DNA of 64,000 nt, taken from Nemertoderma westbladi (Eukaryota; Animalia; Xenacoelomorpha). The notes beneath the pieces are model-generated. The model had not been told where the DNA came from and ran no database searches. It saw only the letters and a program-made list of their open reading frames with translations. How positions within the stretch are numbered: the stretch's first letter is position 1; each line of letters starts with the position of its first letter. Of the stretch, positions 51,366-63,657 are shown in pieces. The stretch spans positions 83,821 through 147,820 of the forward strand of contig JAUCBJ010009097.1 in NCBI GenBank assembly GCA_032718475.1. The letters are read 5' to 3'. The translations under genes and the position numbers were made by a program.

Positions 51366-52915
51366 ATGACTGAGTTGATAGAAGATGATCTTGGTATCAG
51401 GGAGCGATATACTCTACCGTTGCAAGCGTTTGTTGATAGCTTAATACGCGGCGACGCTAGTCCCTCTACTACGGAGGATGATGGTCGTTATATCGAACCG
51501 CCAATGTCCCAGGAGCAACTCACTCGTGAATTGGACTATCGAAAATTCACTGCTCGCTATACGCATCGTAATGGTACGCATATGGACTTCTTAACTACTG
51601 GTCATCCTATCGATTTACACGATACGGACTATGTCGACACCGAAATGGAAATGGTCCTATTTAAATATCATACCCAGCGGAGTCGGAACGATAAACTGAG
51701 AATCGAATGTGAAAATTCTATTCGAACTCGACTTGAAAGAGAAGACGTTAAGGAACCGGATAAACGCAGTGACTCCAACGTATATTTGGAATTCTTGAGA
51801 GAAACATTGTAAAACTGAAGAAAGATCACCAGCGTTTCCCCTACAAGACGTGCGTCTTTGGTATTATTGCGATGAATGCCCAAGACCCAACCAACAAACG
51901 GAAAGACATAAACATCCGCGGAGACGTTGCTCTAAACACAGTTTTACTCGCTATATTTACGGGAGTTTCGAGCGAAACTTGTTCAATGTATCACCTACGC
52001 TCGCTCAACTCAAACGATCCTTAAATAAACCTATGATCAGAGTTCCGGAATACTTGGTCAGACCTCCTCACTCCCTAGTGAGACCTCAGACTCTTGATCC
52101 TAATAGTATCACGGATCCTCCCGAACTGTACTCACTGTTCAAAGATCTAGTGTTACCCGAACAATTAGTCGGTGGCACTCCGGTTGTGGGCTCCCTAAAT
52201 ATTCGCCCATCTTACCTAGCCGGATTGGGACGCGGATATCTAATATCGCCATTCAACCGTATCATCGTCCCGGTTTAACCCGATACAACCTGTCACCGAG
52301 GTGGAGGAGAGAGTTGTACGAAACGCGTTGGACACTATTCGTCAAAAGGTCGGAGAAGGAACCTACAATTGTTTAGGAAAACGTAAATTGCAGCAGCAAG
52401 TCCAAGCGGTAAACGAATTAGCTTTATCTCAGTTCGATCAGGAAATCCAGAATCTCTAAGAAGATATCGAACTTGGATGACTCTACTTTCTGCAAGAGTT
52501 TTGGACGAATGCTTTCAACAACAAGCGGAGGAAAATCAGCTAGAGGAGAAGCATATCGATTCCGATAGAGCCCGAGAACGCGAGTTGGAAAGAATCATCA
52601 AACTGAGGAAATTTCTCACTACACACGGTCCACCTACCGCTCTCGTGCAAACGACCCGTCAGGGACCAGTAGAGCTGCTGTCTTAAAACGCGCTCTCAAG
52701 GTTGTTCGACCTCGTTCCACTGAGGTTGATACCGATCTACGGGTACCTCGACCGGCGGATACACCGACCGTAATCCTAAACCTTCCGATGCAATTGTATT
52801 GCACCCTTCACCTAGGAGTTATAGCCCTCCTAGTAAAGTGGCTCGCCCCAAAGAGAAAAGGACTCTTGCTAGCCTCAAAAAACTGCGTAAACGCCGTCCG
52901 CGCAAGAAAGACTAA
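51366..52915 (+). pseudogene. Orphan accessory ORF of element 2 (frameshifts and stops), unknown function
   Basis: GC-richer coding-like block between integrase and the PPT. Pieces 51366-51812, 51850-52278 and 52477-52686 can be joined by frameshifts; it contains YYCDECP...HKHPRRRCSKH and ends KRTLASLKKLRKRRPRKKD*. Confidence 0.55.
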
Positions 52916-52993
52916 CTGTTTAGAGTATTTTTATATTTTAGAAACTGTGATTTTTTATATTTTATAGAATTAAATCCTATTTTCTGGGAGCGG

Positions 52994-54213
52994 TGTAAAG
53001 GCTTTTGCGGATATAACCAGTCATTTTTCTCCGCAATGAACTGTTAATTTGCTTTAGCGGACATAACAAGCCATTTTTCCCGCAAAGTACTGTGTAGGTG
53101 TTTTAGCAAACATAAAAAGCCATTTTTTCTGTATGTGTACTTTAGCGGACATAACAAGCCATTTTATGCCGCAATACGCCAAATACTCTTAACACAGTGT
53201 AATTCAGATGACGAAATCTATCAGCTGATTTAATGTCGATGTGGGGCTTTCTTAACTCTCTTTGTTCGGCTCACTCGACCAATCGGAGCGATTTTCATTT
53301 TATTTGCACAGAAGCCTACGGGAAATCGCGCAATGCATGACGGTCTTCGTTTACCTTTTCCTGAGCCCCAGAACATCGGCTTTGGAATTATTCTGAGTTT
53401 CAGACTTTAGCCAAACATTCGACGGCTTTGATTATAGGAACGTATAACTGTTATCAAACCAAGTCACGCAGTGTCAGACTCAAATCACCATACATTATTT
53501 TCACCTTTATTATTATTCACCGCATTATTTTACTTCTGTTTACTGTCAGTTATTAATTGTTAGAAGTTGATGGATATGTTGTTATATTTGGAGAATATCG
53601 ATAAATAATCATAAAACCCCAATCTTCTTGATATACTGAAGGTTAGAGAGACCGGTTACCTGTAGCAATTGCGACTTACATTATAGTGGTTTTGGAGTGA
53701 ATTGAATGCTATTTCATAATCCCTACATGTGTCAGTTACTATTCTCCTTATATATGATCAAATTTAGTGAAGGTCGGCAGATCAGTGTGCAGCAGTGTGC
53801 GGTAGTGTGCATGAGTGTGACAGATAACAAAGCATTTCCTAAAGAATGCGCTTTATACGAAAATCATTAGCCATCCCGTTGTGTTTAGTGTAAGTCATAA
53901 CTCTGTTTACATACTTAGAGCGCCACGTCCTAAAGGAACTGTTAATATTTCCCGAAAGTAAATAATATTTGTCAGAGATTATATATTAACGATCAATCGA
54001 ATAGTACAGTAAGTCTACACCGCAATAAGGTCAGAGCCTCCGAATCCAGTCTCCCTTAACTGTGGGTGAATGGTCGCGCATAGGCTGGCTTCGGCTAATG
54101 TAACTTTATATCTTATATGCAACAAATACTTGTTATAGGCTAAAGTCGATTTATAAACTAGAAGACACCTAAAATTAGCGGGTTAAACTGCTAAAGGTCT
54201 AAAAGCGCGAACA
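52994..54213 (+). repeat. 3' LTR of element 2 (1220 bp)
   Basis: Preceded by a short purine-rich tract gggagcgg (52986-52993) and followed by TSD gttaa. Confidence 0.95.
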
Positions 54214-54299
54214 GTTAAGCTGCGAAACTTGACAGTTATCTCCTACGGGGGTGGGTGGGGTTTTATTTCATGATCTTATGAATTTGTTCCATATGCAGT

Positions 54300-54800
54300 T
54301 CTCCAATCTGCCACACATTTATCAACATATTTCACGTATCATCTGTAAATGGACTAGAAAGCTATTAGAAAGATTAGCCTTCGATATGGAAGATAAATGG
54401 TTTAAAGGATGCAATAACAACCATAAAACCATTGTACACAAAATTTTGTGGCTTTATGAAAAATACCACAAAATTAGGAAATCCACTACCCAATATAGAC
54501 AGAAAGAAGATCCCACAATATTGTTTAATTTAAACTATACTCAATAATGTGTTTGATATTTCTGTCTATATGATGATGATGCAGATATGATACTTTTCTA
54601 GTGAGGGCAAATAATGGGGAAGAAATTTATCTTCGAGATTTGGCATTCTTAGTAGGCCAGAAACCAAAGAGCGAAATTAAGATGGAGAGAAGCGACATGT
54701 TTAGTGCTCAAAGAGCTAAAGTAATTAAAGAAAATCTTTGGAGCAAGATGAAGTTCAAAGAGTTCTTGAAGAAAAACATGAGGAAGAAATAAAGAACCAG
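54300..54800 (+). pseudogene. Possible decayed DNA-transposon ORF fragment
   Basis: Coding-like pieces (KILWLYEKYHKIRKS, VFDIS, RDLAFLVGQK...KM) recall transposase N-terminal regions; the family cannot be assigned. Confidence 0.3.
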
Positions 54801-55483
54801 GAAGAACAAATCCAATATAAGGAACTATATGAAGTTATAAGTTAATAATAAGTTAGTAATGGCCATTGCGGCGATCACCAATGGTATATAAAATCAGATA
54901 TGGTATTTGACAAAAAGACATCCGATGAGGAGAAGTGCCAAGGCCCATTCCTATAATTTCCTGTGATAACAACCATTGTTGTATCAAGTGACATCACTTT
55001 GATTGTGTTGGTAGAAATATCAAACCTGATGGCAAATAGTATTGGCCCAATTGTCCTAAACTATCATCTGCTTGGTTCTGCATGTATAGTAATTAAGAAT
55101 TGATGAAATGATAGTCTTTGACTTTGTCTTGCCCTACAGAATTGTTACACTTAAGAAATAATGAAAATTATATATTAATGAATCGAAATAATGCAAGTTT
55201 AATAATAATAAGATTAATAAGCGATATATATACATATACATAAAAAATTATTCTCACAAAGACAGTATTATAATAACTGTCAATTGTTTAAAAATTATAA
55301 TTATTATTATTTTTATTTAGTCTGCATTATCCTGGAATCTAATCCTGAAGGAAAGTGGTATTGCAAACGGTTTCAAGGTGCGATTACTTTAGATCGTTAG
55401 GCAATGAAGATTGTAAAATGTGTAAATATGCAAATTTTCTATATTTGTTATTTCATTGCCCATGGTAGTTATTTGGTAACAAT

Positions 55484-55855
55484 CTTATACCATTCCACCC
55501 GGAATGGTCGATTTCTTGGGTGTAGATACCTTCAAAAAGTGAGAGTATAGTAATTACTTTTCGAGATATTCCTAAAAATGTATACACATCTCTTCTCAAA
55601 AAATTTGGCAGCGATCATGGAAGCCAATCCTCTACTCTGTTTTGAATGTTTTAATGAGCCCATTGTGGATAGTGTGCATTGTGCAGGAATTAAAACTAAT
55701 GCTTTTAGTGAAATGCATATCTCACATATATATGTTTATATGGGGTTGTGGTGACTGAAGACCTCTGTAGAATATCTCGAGAAATAATAACTCTACTTTC
55801 GTTTTGAAGGTGTCTACTGCGAATTTATCGATCATTGCGGTTCGAATGGTATAAG
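55484..55855. mobile_element. Foldback/MITE related to the element at 2304-2643
   Basis: Inverted arms cttataccatt...tagataccttcaaaa...tcgagatattc and gaatatctcga...ttttgaaggtgtcta...aatggtataag; shares the tagacaccttcaaaa motif with 2419-2433. Confidence 0.65.
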
Positions 55856-56879
55856 TTGCAATAGGAGTAGCAGAAGTTGGTAATAATCAATATTGTTAAT
55901 AAAGGTTAGTCATGACAAGTAGCACTTGAGTGCAAAAATGTTGGCATGCCTGTCATCATACACCTTTATCCATTATTTTCTAGCTGAGCTGAGTTGAATA
56001 TAGAAACAAATTGTTTTGGTCTTCTATTACTATATAATATAACAAAACTCAGGGTTCACTACATTCCCCAAAGATGCTAGAACTTTCATTATACAGAATA
56101 TAATATATACTAAAACAAAGAGCTGTATATCAGTATAGATTCCTGATGTTTAAGCTCAATAAATGTAGAGACCCTATAAATCCAACTAACCCATTCTCAA
56201 ATGGTCAGTGAGTCGGCTCTGTACAATGATGGCCTATATCTATGAATATAATTGGCCTCCCCTTAGAAAACTACAGTACTCATTTAGCTACCATTTACGG
56301 ATGCAAGGCAGAGATGCACCTTGGTTGGTCCCTGTGAATTCAGTGCAACCACTAAACCAAGGTGGGTCCTTGGTGTAGCTAGCGGTATTAAATCAGTTCT
56401 GTATTAAATCTTCTAAACTTGTAAATTACCAATCTGTGAGTATTCATTCTCTCCCGCTGTCTCTGCTCAGTCTGACTGATGTAATAGGCACACGGGTGAT
56501 TCTTTCAAGCAATAAAAATAATAAAATAAAATAATAATAATAATAAAATAATGTAATAATAAAATATAAAAAGAATATTACTGAATGAATATCCCAACAC
56601 CCCAATGACTCATTCCCCCAAATAGTTTACCACTTACTCCTATTCCCCCTTCCATTCCTTTACCATATTCCACATTCCCCGTAGCATTATCTTTTCTAAT
56701 GTCAACCTGTTCTAGTAATTATTCCTACAGATAAACCCCATTGCCCGTGGGCCCTTCTAAATCGCGCGAACACTTGCTTCATAACTATTTTCACCCATCC
56801 ATGGGAAGAAAGACAAGTTCAACTTAGTATATTTGAATGGGAGAATCTTTTAGGCTCGTTAAGCCAAGGAATGCCTGTT

Positions 56880-57093
56880 CAGCACCATGGGTGATCTTCC
56901 ACAGTAAACCCTTCCACTCTGTTTCCCAAGTTGCCCTGGTTCCCATTTATCGACCACTGAAGGATGAAAGCCAGGGATGGGCTAGGCTGCAGCATTTAAA
57001 GCAGGGTGCCCAAACAGTGCTGGTACATCTCGGGATTGAACCAGGGATTCCTAGTTGGAAGCCCAGGAATGTCACCACTAAACCAAGCTGCTG
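56880..57093 (-). mobile_element. tRNA(Gly)-derived SINE
   Basis: Minus strand reads ttggtttagtggt (A box), cttccaa (Gly-TCC-like loop), ggttcaatccc (B box), then gctttcatccttcagtggtcgataaatgggaacc, which resembles a conserved central domain of invertebrate SINEs. Confidence 0.65.
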
Positions 57094-58032
57094 CTTGGAT
57101 TGGACTTTGTACTCGAGATGGAATTTGCGTTAATTAAGTCTTGTCTCCAAAAGTTTAACATAAACGTTGGCTGTTTGCACAATTAGGTCACCAAAATTGC
57201 TTTTGGTTGGGAGCTGCAGGCCTATGTACAGGTTCAATAACGTCTGCCTTGGGATTTACAGAAGCGTCATCCCTGCCTTATAGTTAACAACCAAGAGAGA
57301 TGAGCCTTAGGGTTAATAACTCCGGTGTTCCACAGCTTTAGAGCAGAAGTTTTAGGTGGTAGTTGTAGGAAAGAGGGACCCTAAAACAGAATGCAATTAT
57401 TGTTGTTATGGTGATTTATCTCAGTTAGCTCACTCAGTCAAGCGCCAGGGTTTAGATGTGAAAGTAGGATCTTCGATCCCAGATGAGGTCTTTTTAGTTA
57501 ATCTTAAGTTTCGATTTAAAGTTTAGGCAGTTTTATTTATCTATACTGTAAACCCAAGCTTTTATAATATTTATAAATATTTTGAGCGAAATATAAATTA
57601 TAGATGCATTCCATATATTATTTGGTAGAAGAAGAAATTCCTTTTTTCTGACAATTCCAAAAAGTTGTTCCAGCTGGTGGAAATTTAAGACATTTTTTGG
57701 TTTTCTTCATATATTGGCTCAAAATAACTTCGTTAATGCAATGGTAACAGAACATACAGAACATACAGAACATACCAACAGGTATTTTTTACATGCGTGG
57801 CTTAAATTGTGTAATGGAATTACTTGGCAAGAAGGGAAGTAGAAAGAGTGGGATTACATTGTGTATGTGGTCATTTCTGTACCAAAGAATCTTATATACG
57901 CATACGGCTATCAAGTAAGGTAGGGTTGAGCACAGTGGCACCAGATTATGGTATTGACAGATATAGGAGGCCATGAGGAGGTAAATTGAGGACCTACATC
58001 AGGTAGTATTTCCAGGTCTACCCTTTACCTGA

Positions 58033-58105
58033 GCCGCTAGCTGAATGGTTAGAGCGTCAGACTTCCAACCCGGACGTCACCAGTTCGATCCCACCTGGGC
58101 GTCAT
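58033..58105 (+). mobile_element. tRNA-derived SINE head or tRNA pseudogene
   Basis: tagctgaatggttagagcg (A box), cttccaa loop and gttcgatccc (B box); the stems pair poorly. Confidence 0.55.
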
Positions 58106-58542
58106 TGCCGACTTCCAAAACTGTGCCCAACAAAAGGTTATAACAGAACCTTATGGTAAATAACCTTGTGGTAAATAGTCGAAGGTTACACATATGTCAA
58201 TTATATAAACAATAGAACTGTAGATAATGTGTCTGTCATCTTATATCAAACATAGAGGATAAATAAATTCATTAAATATATATTAATTATATACTGCCAT
58301 TTACTTTATTATATACTCTACGGACAATAGGATTACATCTATACGCTATACATAATAAGTCAAGCATATGATAGAGTATGGATAAGAAATCGAATTACAA
58401 GATTATTACGATAACTAATAATGGAGTCGAACGGATTTCTTAGAGCCAATACACGTCGATCAAAGTGAAGTGTGAAATTCGCTAGCAGATTCCCGTAATA
58501 CATTTGGTGCCAAAAGCGCCCGTGATACGTACTAATTAATAA

Positions 58543-60459
58543 ATGAATTCCTCGTCTAGCCCACCCACAACTCTGCCCCGATTGGCTAAGTCCAGCAGGA
58601 GGGCGAGTTCACTAAAGTATAATACAGCCCAGAGAGTGACGACGGGTCCAAATCTGCGTAAATTATTAGCTGGTCGCAGATATTCCCAGAGTCTAACTAT
58701 TCCGGTAGTTATATCCAAATCAGAAAGCGATTTACGGAATACATCGAACAGTTCTTCATCAACCACGATCGCCGTACCTGATGATTCGGAATCTCTCGAT
58801 GGGATCAACAGTCAGCCCCTCCCGCTCAACCAGGACTTCAGACACAGACGAGGAAACTCTGTAAGCAATCCGCTACGCAGTGCCCGAGCAGACCTCGTTA
58901 GAGGCAGCACAGAGTTTTTCCAAGTCCGCACAGAACTTCAGTCATCGAGTTTACAACTGCCGAATCCAGCGAGACAAACGAAGCCACGCAACATATCTCC
59001 AGAACAGAAAGAAAAACCTGTCGAAACAACTGCAGAAGTGGTACAGGATAATTCGGTTCAACTGCCGATAGAAAGGCAAGGAATATACAAAGATAAATAC
59101 GTCGAAGAACAAATAGAATTGTTGAGACGGAAATATTCTCACACTAGTGGTCCCAGGTTGTTCCAGGAAAGGACAATAATTGGATGTGTGTCTAATGAAC
59201 CATATTCAACTCGGGGTTTTATTAATCAAGAAGAGTTACAAACACCGAAACCAAAAGTGGAACACCGTAAAGTAAAACCTACCAAGGAAAATATTCACAA
59301 GGTTAAAAGATCGCCGTCTAATCCCGAGCATATTACTAATCCGTCTAAAGTTTTCTTACCTCACAGACTCGCAAATGACACTAAACCCGTACAATCAAAA
59401 TTAAAAGACTCAGAGGTTCAACCAGAAGTTATTATTACCTTGGTGGACTCCTCAAATTGTGACGGAAAAATGAGAAAAGGTTCTGCCATAGAAGATTCTA
59501 ATTTAAATATTCCGAGGTACAAACCCACTGAATCCACGGGTGCTACATCAAGCACGACAGACACATTGTCGCCGAATAGTCAAAGGAAGGTCGTGCGATT
59601 CGATGTAGAGCCGAGAAAATCACAACCGCCAGGTGGTAAAGGTACGAGTCTACCTCCTTTACGGTTGGGGGGAGAACGACCGGCTAGCGACAACGATGTC
59701 CCTCTAGATATCTCAGCGAATTTGCGATTAGAAGGAATAAAAGAGCTTCAGCAGTTACTAAACGAAGCAAAGGATTTGGCGAGAGACACAGAAAGTGATC
59801 TGCGTGAGTTTCGCAGTAAAAAGACATCAAAACAAGTTGAGAAACGCAATTATTCGAAGATTAATAGAGGAAAGACTGTAAATATAACTTTAAATAAAAA
59901 TATAAAACATAATGTAACTGAGAGCAAGTCTACAAAATATTATCCCGAACTAAATCATACCGTGGGCAATAGTGAAGGACGCGAATGCAATACTGAGTTG
60001 CGCGAAAACAATCCAAAACTAAGCGAATCTACTGGGAATAAAGTCATAGAAAACACCAAAGGAATGGCAGACGACGCAGAACACAAAATCCTTGACGTGG
60101 CTGAGTCGCCCAGCAGTCCAATAAACGATCAACTCGAAACTTCAACGATTTCATTGAAAAATGATATTAATCCTCCAATAATCGCAAATCACATAAAGCA
60201 AATATCAGTGCGGGAAAAAGTCTACCACTTTAGGCGCGATAGTGGTGAAGGGTATAGCGCGATGCCGCCCTCGGATGGCACAGCTGTGCCGGATATGGGC
60301 CACCACCATATCGCATTATTGGCAAATTTTAACTTACAACCAGATGTGGATGAGGACAACTGCCTCACTGATGTGCAAATGGAACGAATTACTGAGTGGC
60401 TAGCTGGCGTAGATAAAGCTGAAGACGGGATACCCGCATGTGTCGTAGAACCAAAGTAA
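58543..60459 (+). CDS. Uncharacterised intronless 638-aa Ser/Lys/Glu-rich, probably disordered protein
   Basis: 1.9-kb non-repetitive open frame from ATG to TAA within AT-rich flanks, with no transposon motifs; contains RKVVRF (RVxF-like), a short coiled coil (LEGIKELQQLLNEAKDL) and a C-terminal helix MERITEWLAGV. Confidence 0.75.
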   Translation: MNSSSSPPTTLPRLAKSSRRASSLKYNTAQRVTTGPNLRKLLAGRRYSQSLTIPVVISKSESDLRNTSNSSSSTTIAVPDDSESLDGINSQPLPLNQDFRHRRGNSVSNPLRSARADLVRGSTEFFQVRTELQSSSLQLPNPARQTKPRNISPEQKEKPVETTAEVVQDNSVQLPIERQGIYKDKYVEEQIELLRRKYSHTSGPRLFQERTIIGCVSNEPYSTRGFINQEELQTPKPKVEHRKVKPTKENIHKVKRSPSNPEHITNPSKVFLPHRLANDTKPVQSKLKDSEVQPEVIITLVDSSNCDGKMRKGSAIEDSNLNIPRYKPTESTGATSSTTDTLSPNSQRKVVRFDVEPRKSQPPGGKGTSLPPLRLGGERPASDNDVPLDISANLRLEGIKELQQLLNEAKDLARDTESDLREFRSKKTSKQVEKRNYSKINRGKTVNITLNKNIKHNVTESKSTKYYPELNHTVGNSEGRECNTELRENNPKLSESTGNKVIENTKGMADDAEHKILDVAESPSSPINDQLETSTISLKNDINPPIIANHIKQISVREKVYHFRRDSGEGYSAMPPSDGTAVPDMGHHHIALLANFNLQPDVDEDNCLTDVQMERITEWLAGVDKAEDGIPACVVEPK

Positions 60460-60530
60460 ATTTTTATTAAATTAATTAATTAATTGTATTGTATGTACAG
60501 TATAAAGTTGATGAAGCATGAAGAGTTATA

Positions 60531-61010
60531 CAGTATGTATTTTTAACTAAATTTTATGCATTATGAAAACTAATAGTTTCTTATCCTAAATTAATAAATG
60601 CTAATTTGTTATATCCTAAATTAATAAATGCTAATATGTCATATCCTAAATTAATAAATGCTAATATGTCATATCCTAAATTATTAAATGCTAATTTGTC
60701 ATATCCTAAATTAATAAATGCTATTTGTTATAACCTAAATTAATACATACTAATATGTCATATCCTAAATTAATAAATGCTACTATTTTATTATATAGTT
60801 ATTGTAACCTCCCCCTCCCCTAACACTAACACAAAAAATAGGGGAGGGGGAGGTTATTAATTTAGGATATGACAAATTAGCATTTAATAATTTAGGATAT
60901 GACATATTAGCATTTATTAATTTAGGATATAACAAATTAGCATTTATTAATTTAGGATAAGAAACTATTAGTTTTCATAATGCATAAAATTTAGTTAAAA
61001 ATACATACTG
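60531..61010. mobile_element. Foldback MITE, Tc1/mariner-like (CAGT...ACTG, TA flanks), with 30-bp subrepeats
   Basis: Long inverted arms; unit atcctaaattaataaatgctaatatgtcat about 7 times on the left and about 4 times inverted on the right; inner stem aacctccccctcccct/aggggagggggaggtt. Confidence 0.85.
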
Positions 61011-63463
61011 TATAATTAATTAATTTACATTAACTTTATATTATTTTATCACCATGACCCGGGATCTAGTGTCTTTATTCAGGTACCTGCTCCCCCCTCA
61101 ATTTTTTCTTCAAATCTTAAGGAGATTTCATGGAATTTGAATCAGAGATTGTTTCACCTCCCTCCTCCTTAGTGGATGAGTCAGAATTTTTATATTTACT
61201 TTCATTCTTTAGCTACAAGCGTGTAAAAAAAGTGTCTCCGTCGAAATTGTACCAGTTCTACCATAGTTTTTCTCCAATCTAAAAATGAATCGTTGACCCC
61301 CAATGGAAATCTGGCCAGGATTTCAAATTTATAAAATTTGAATTAAGTTGGGAAATGTGCAAACCTTTTCTACGTCGATGCTCTTTCCATATATGTAATA
61401 AAATTTCAGAAATTCCACCAAAATATAAAAAGTAAAATCAATGCAATCCTATGGGTTACTTTTTTACCGTAGCCGGGAAAAAAAAGTGAAACTTTTTTTC
61501 CCGGTTTTGGGGTATATTCGAGCGAAAAAGTAACAATTTAATAATAAAATACTTTTTACCCTCTTTTTTTAGTACGTGGATATTCATTCATAAAAAAGTG
61601 TTCTAGAACATGGTGGATAATATTAAATAGAATAAGTGGCCTGTATCGTAAGCTAATACATGCAACATTCGATTGCAAATAAGCTATTTCCCAACCAAAT
61701 TCATATATTTTTATATATTTGGATTCCTTGTATTGCCAGCTTTCTATTGGTACCAACTACATCACTGCAATCAAGTTGAAGAATAAATGCATTACACAAC
61801 TGGTGAAATATCGGTTGTACCTAAAAAAATTTTTTAAACAAAAATACAAATTCCGGCGCATGGTAGTACTGAATTCTGAACTTTATTCCGAGGGCATGCA
61901 TGGTGTATTGTGGTGAAAGGCAAAGTATGGTTTGTTGGCGAGAAATTAATTAATTGTCTAGAAACATTTGAATTAGGGAAACCACACAGCTCCTAATCGA
62001 GTGGCGTGGAATATTTTTTGTTTAAAATGCAGATGAATTACGATTTTTGAACGATTTTTGTTTTAAACTGAACGCGGGAAGCAAATTAAAAATCTTCTTC
62101 GTTGACTTTTAATAATAATAAACACAATAAAGTGCTTGCTGGGTATTGAACATTGAAGTTACTGATGTAAATGATGTAATTATTTTCGATGCATTCAATG
62201 TAGCATTATTTACTTCACTCATATACTGTATTTCAAACGTGTTCTATTTCATGCTAATTATGAAATTACAGAAACAAATATGAGCAGATTTTTCCTGCTC
62301 AATTTTACTGTCTTATCGCAGACTTGCAGCTCCCAACCAACATACTAGCAGGGATCGTACGGTAGTTACTTTTTGCTGTAGCGGTAGCGGTAGGTCTATG
62401 GCTTTCCGGTAGCGGTATATACCGCGGTAGCAAACATTGTAGCTGGTATTAATGAAGTTAGAGGCTCACTTTTCTGACGATTTTTTAAAAGTGTGGGGTT
62501 TATTTATAGTACTGTAAATTGATTTCTTGAATTAATAAATATTCATTTATTTTGTTTTATGTTCACAGAAAAAACTTACGAACCAATTTTTCATATATGA
62601 TATGTAACTGAACTGCTGTAATCATGGCTGAACGTTTTATCTTTCATATTTCAGTATATGGGTGGATTTTGAAGTATAAATAAAGGATAAAATATGATAT
62701 GAATGTAATTTTAAGAAAATGCGATATGATAGGAAAAAGTTTTGTATTTTTTTCGAATCATATTTATATCTAATACTGCATACAGTACTGCATACTAGCT
62801 ATACGTCTTGTACTGTACATACCGGTATTATATATTATGTGGTAGACGCAATGTAATAGCAGTAATGTATGTACTGTACTGTAGTAATGTTAAATGTTAG
62901 AAGCAGCTTTATTTTGTGATGTTAAATATTCTAAAGCCAATAGCGGTGGATTTTCAAAACTAACTTCCCGCGCGTAATGCCATGATTGTATTCGACTGTC
63001 TCTATCCAAATAATTTTCGCGCACCAACCAACCATATTAGGCCAAACTAAATCTCATTGTACAGCAATAGTAATAATCAATAGGATTATATTATTTAATT
63101 TATAATTATAATACTTAAAATTATTATCTACAATATGAATATTATTCTCAAAATGGACAATGATTATCAAATATTTGAATTATTATACAAATATGTGTTT
63201 ATTTCGTTTAAAATGTGGAATTAATTTCGCTCTACAATTCGAGCAGTGCAACATTGTCTCAAACTTTGAGTCAATGGCGCAATATGTCAGAATCTTGAAT
63301 ATTTCAAAATTTGAAGAGCCACGCCCTAATTTTTGTGCTCCAAAAATGACGTACCTCTACGCTTACATACTTGTATTGAGCAGTAGAGTACTCCGTATCA
63401 ATCTGAATTAATAAAAAAACGGCGGGCCTAGCTACTGTATGTAAATAATTGTTTAACGTGTAA

Positions 63464-63657
63464 GGCCGCGTTCATACTACCGAGTCAAAGTCAAAAGACA
63501 AAATGTAAATCACAAAACATTAATTTGATTTTTTCTAGAATCCCCTTATGTATTATATTAGGCCTATATAATGTATTATTATTTATTATTGCTAGCTAGC
63601 TATATTTACTGTATTTTATTTTGACTTTGACTTTGACTCGGTAGTGTGAACGCGGCC
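63464..63657. mobile_element. MITE, PIF/Harbinger-like (TAA/TTA flanks)
   Basis: TIRs ggccgcgttcatactaccgagtcaaagtcaaa and tttgactttgactcggtagtgtgaacgcggcc; the TSD could alternatively be read as TA. Confidence 0.8.

Larger units (their letters stand above)
39366..54213 (+). mobile_element. BEL/Pao LTR retrotransposon 2 (14.8 kb, RT core deleted, extra 3' ORF)
   Basis: Paired ~1.2 kb LTRs TGT...ACA, TSD GTTAA at 39361-39365 and 54214-54218, and BEL gag, protease, RNase H and integrase motifs. Confidence 0.96.

Noticed and set aside
57021-58105. Functional tRNA-Gly genes
   Set aside because: A and B boxes are present, but the acceptor and anticodon stems do not pair and one continues into a SINE body.
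63190-63405. Candidate upstream cyclase exon on the minus strand (acceptor-like ttttattaattcag)
   Set aside because: No frame yields adenylyl cyclase motifs.
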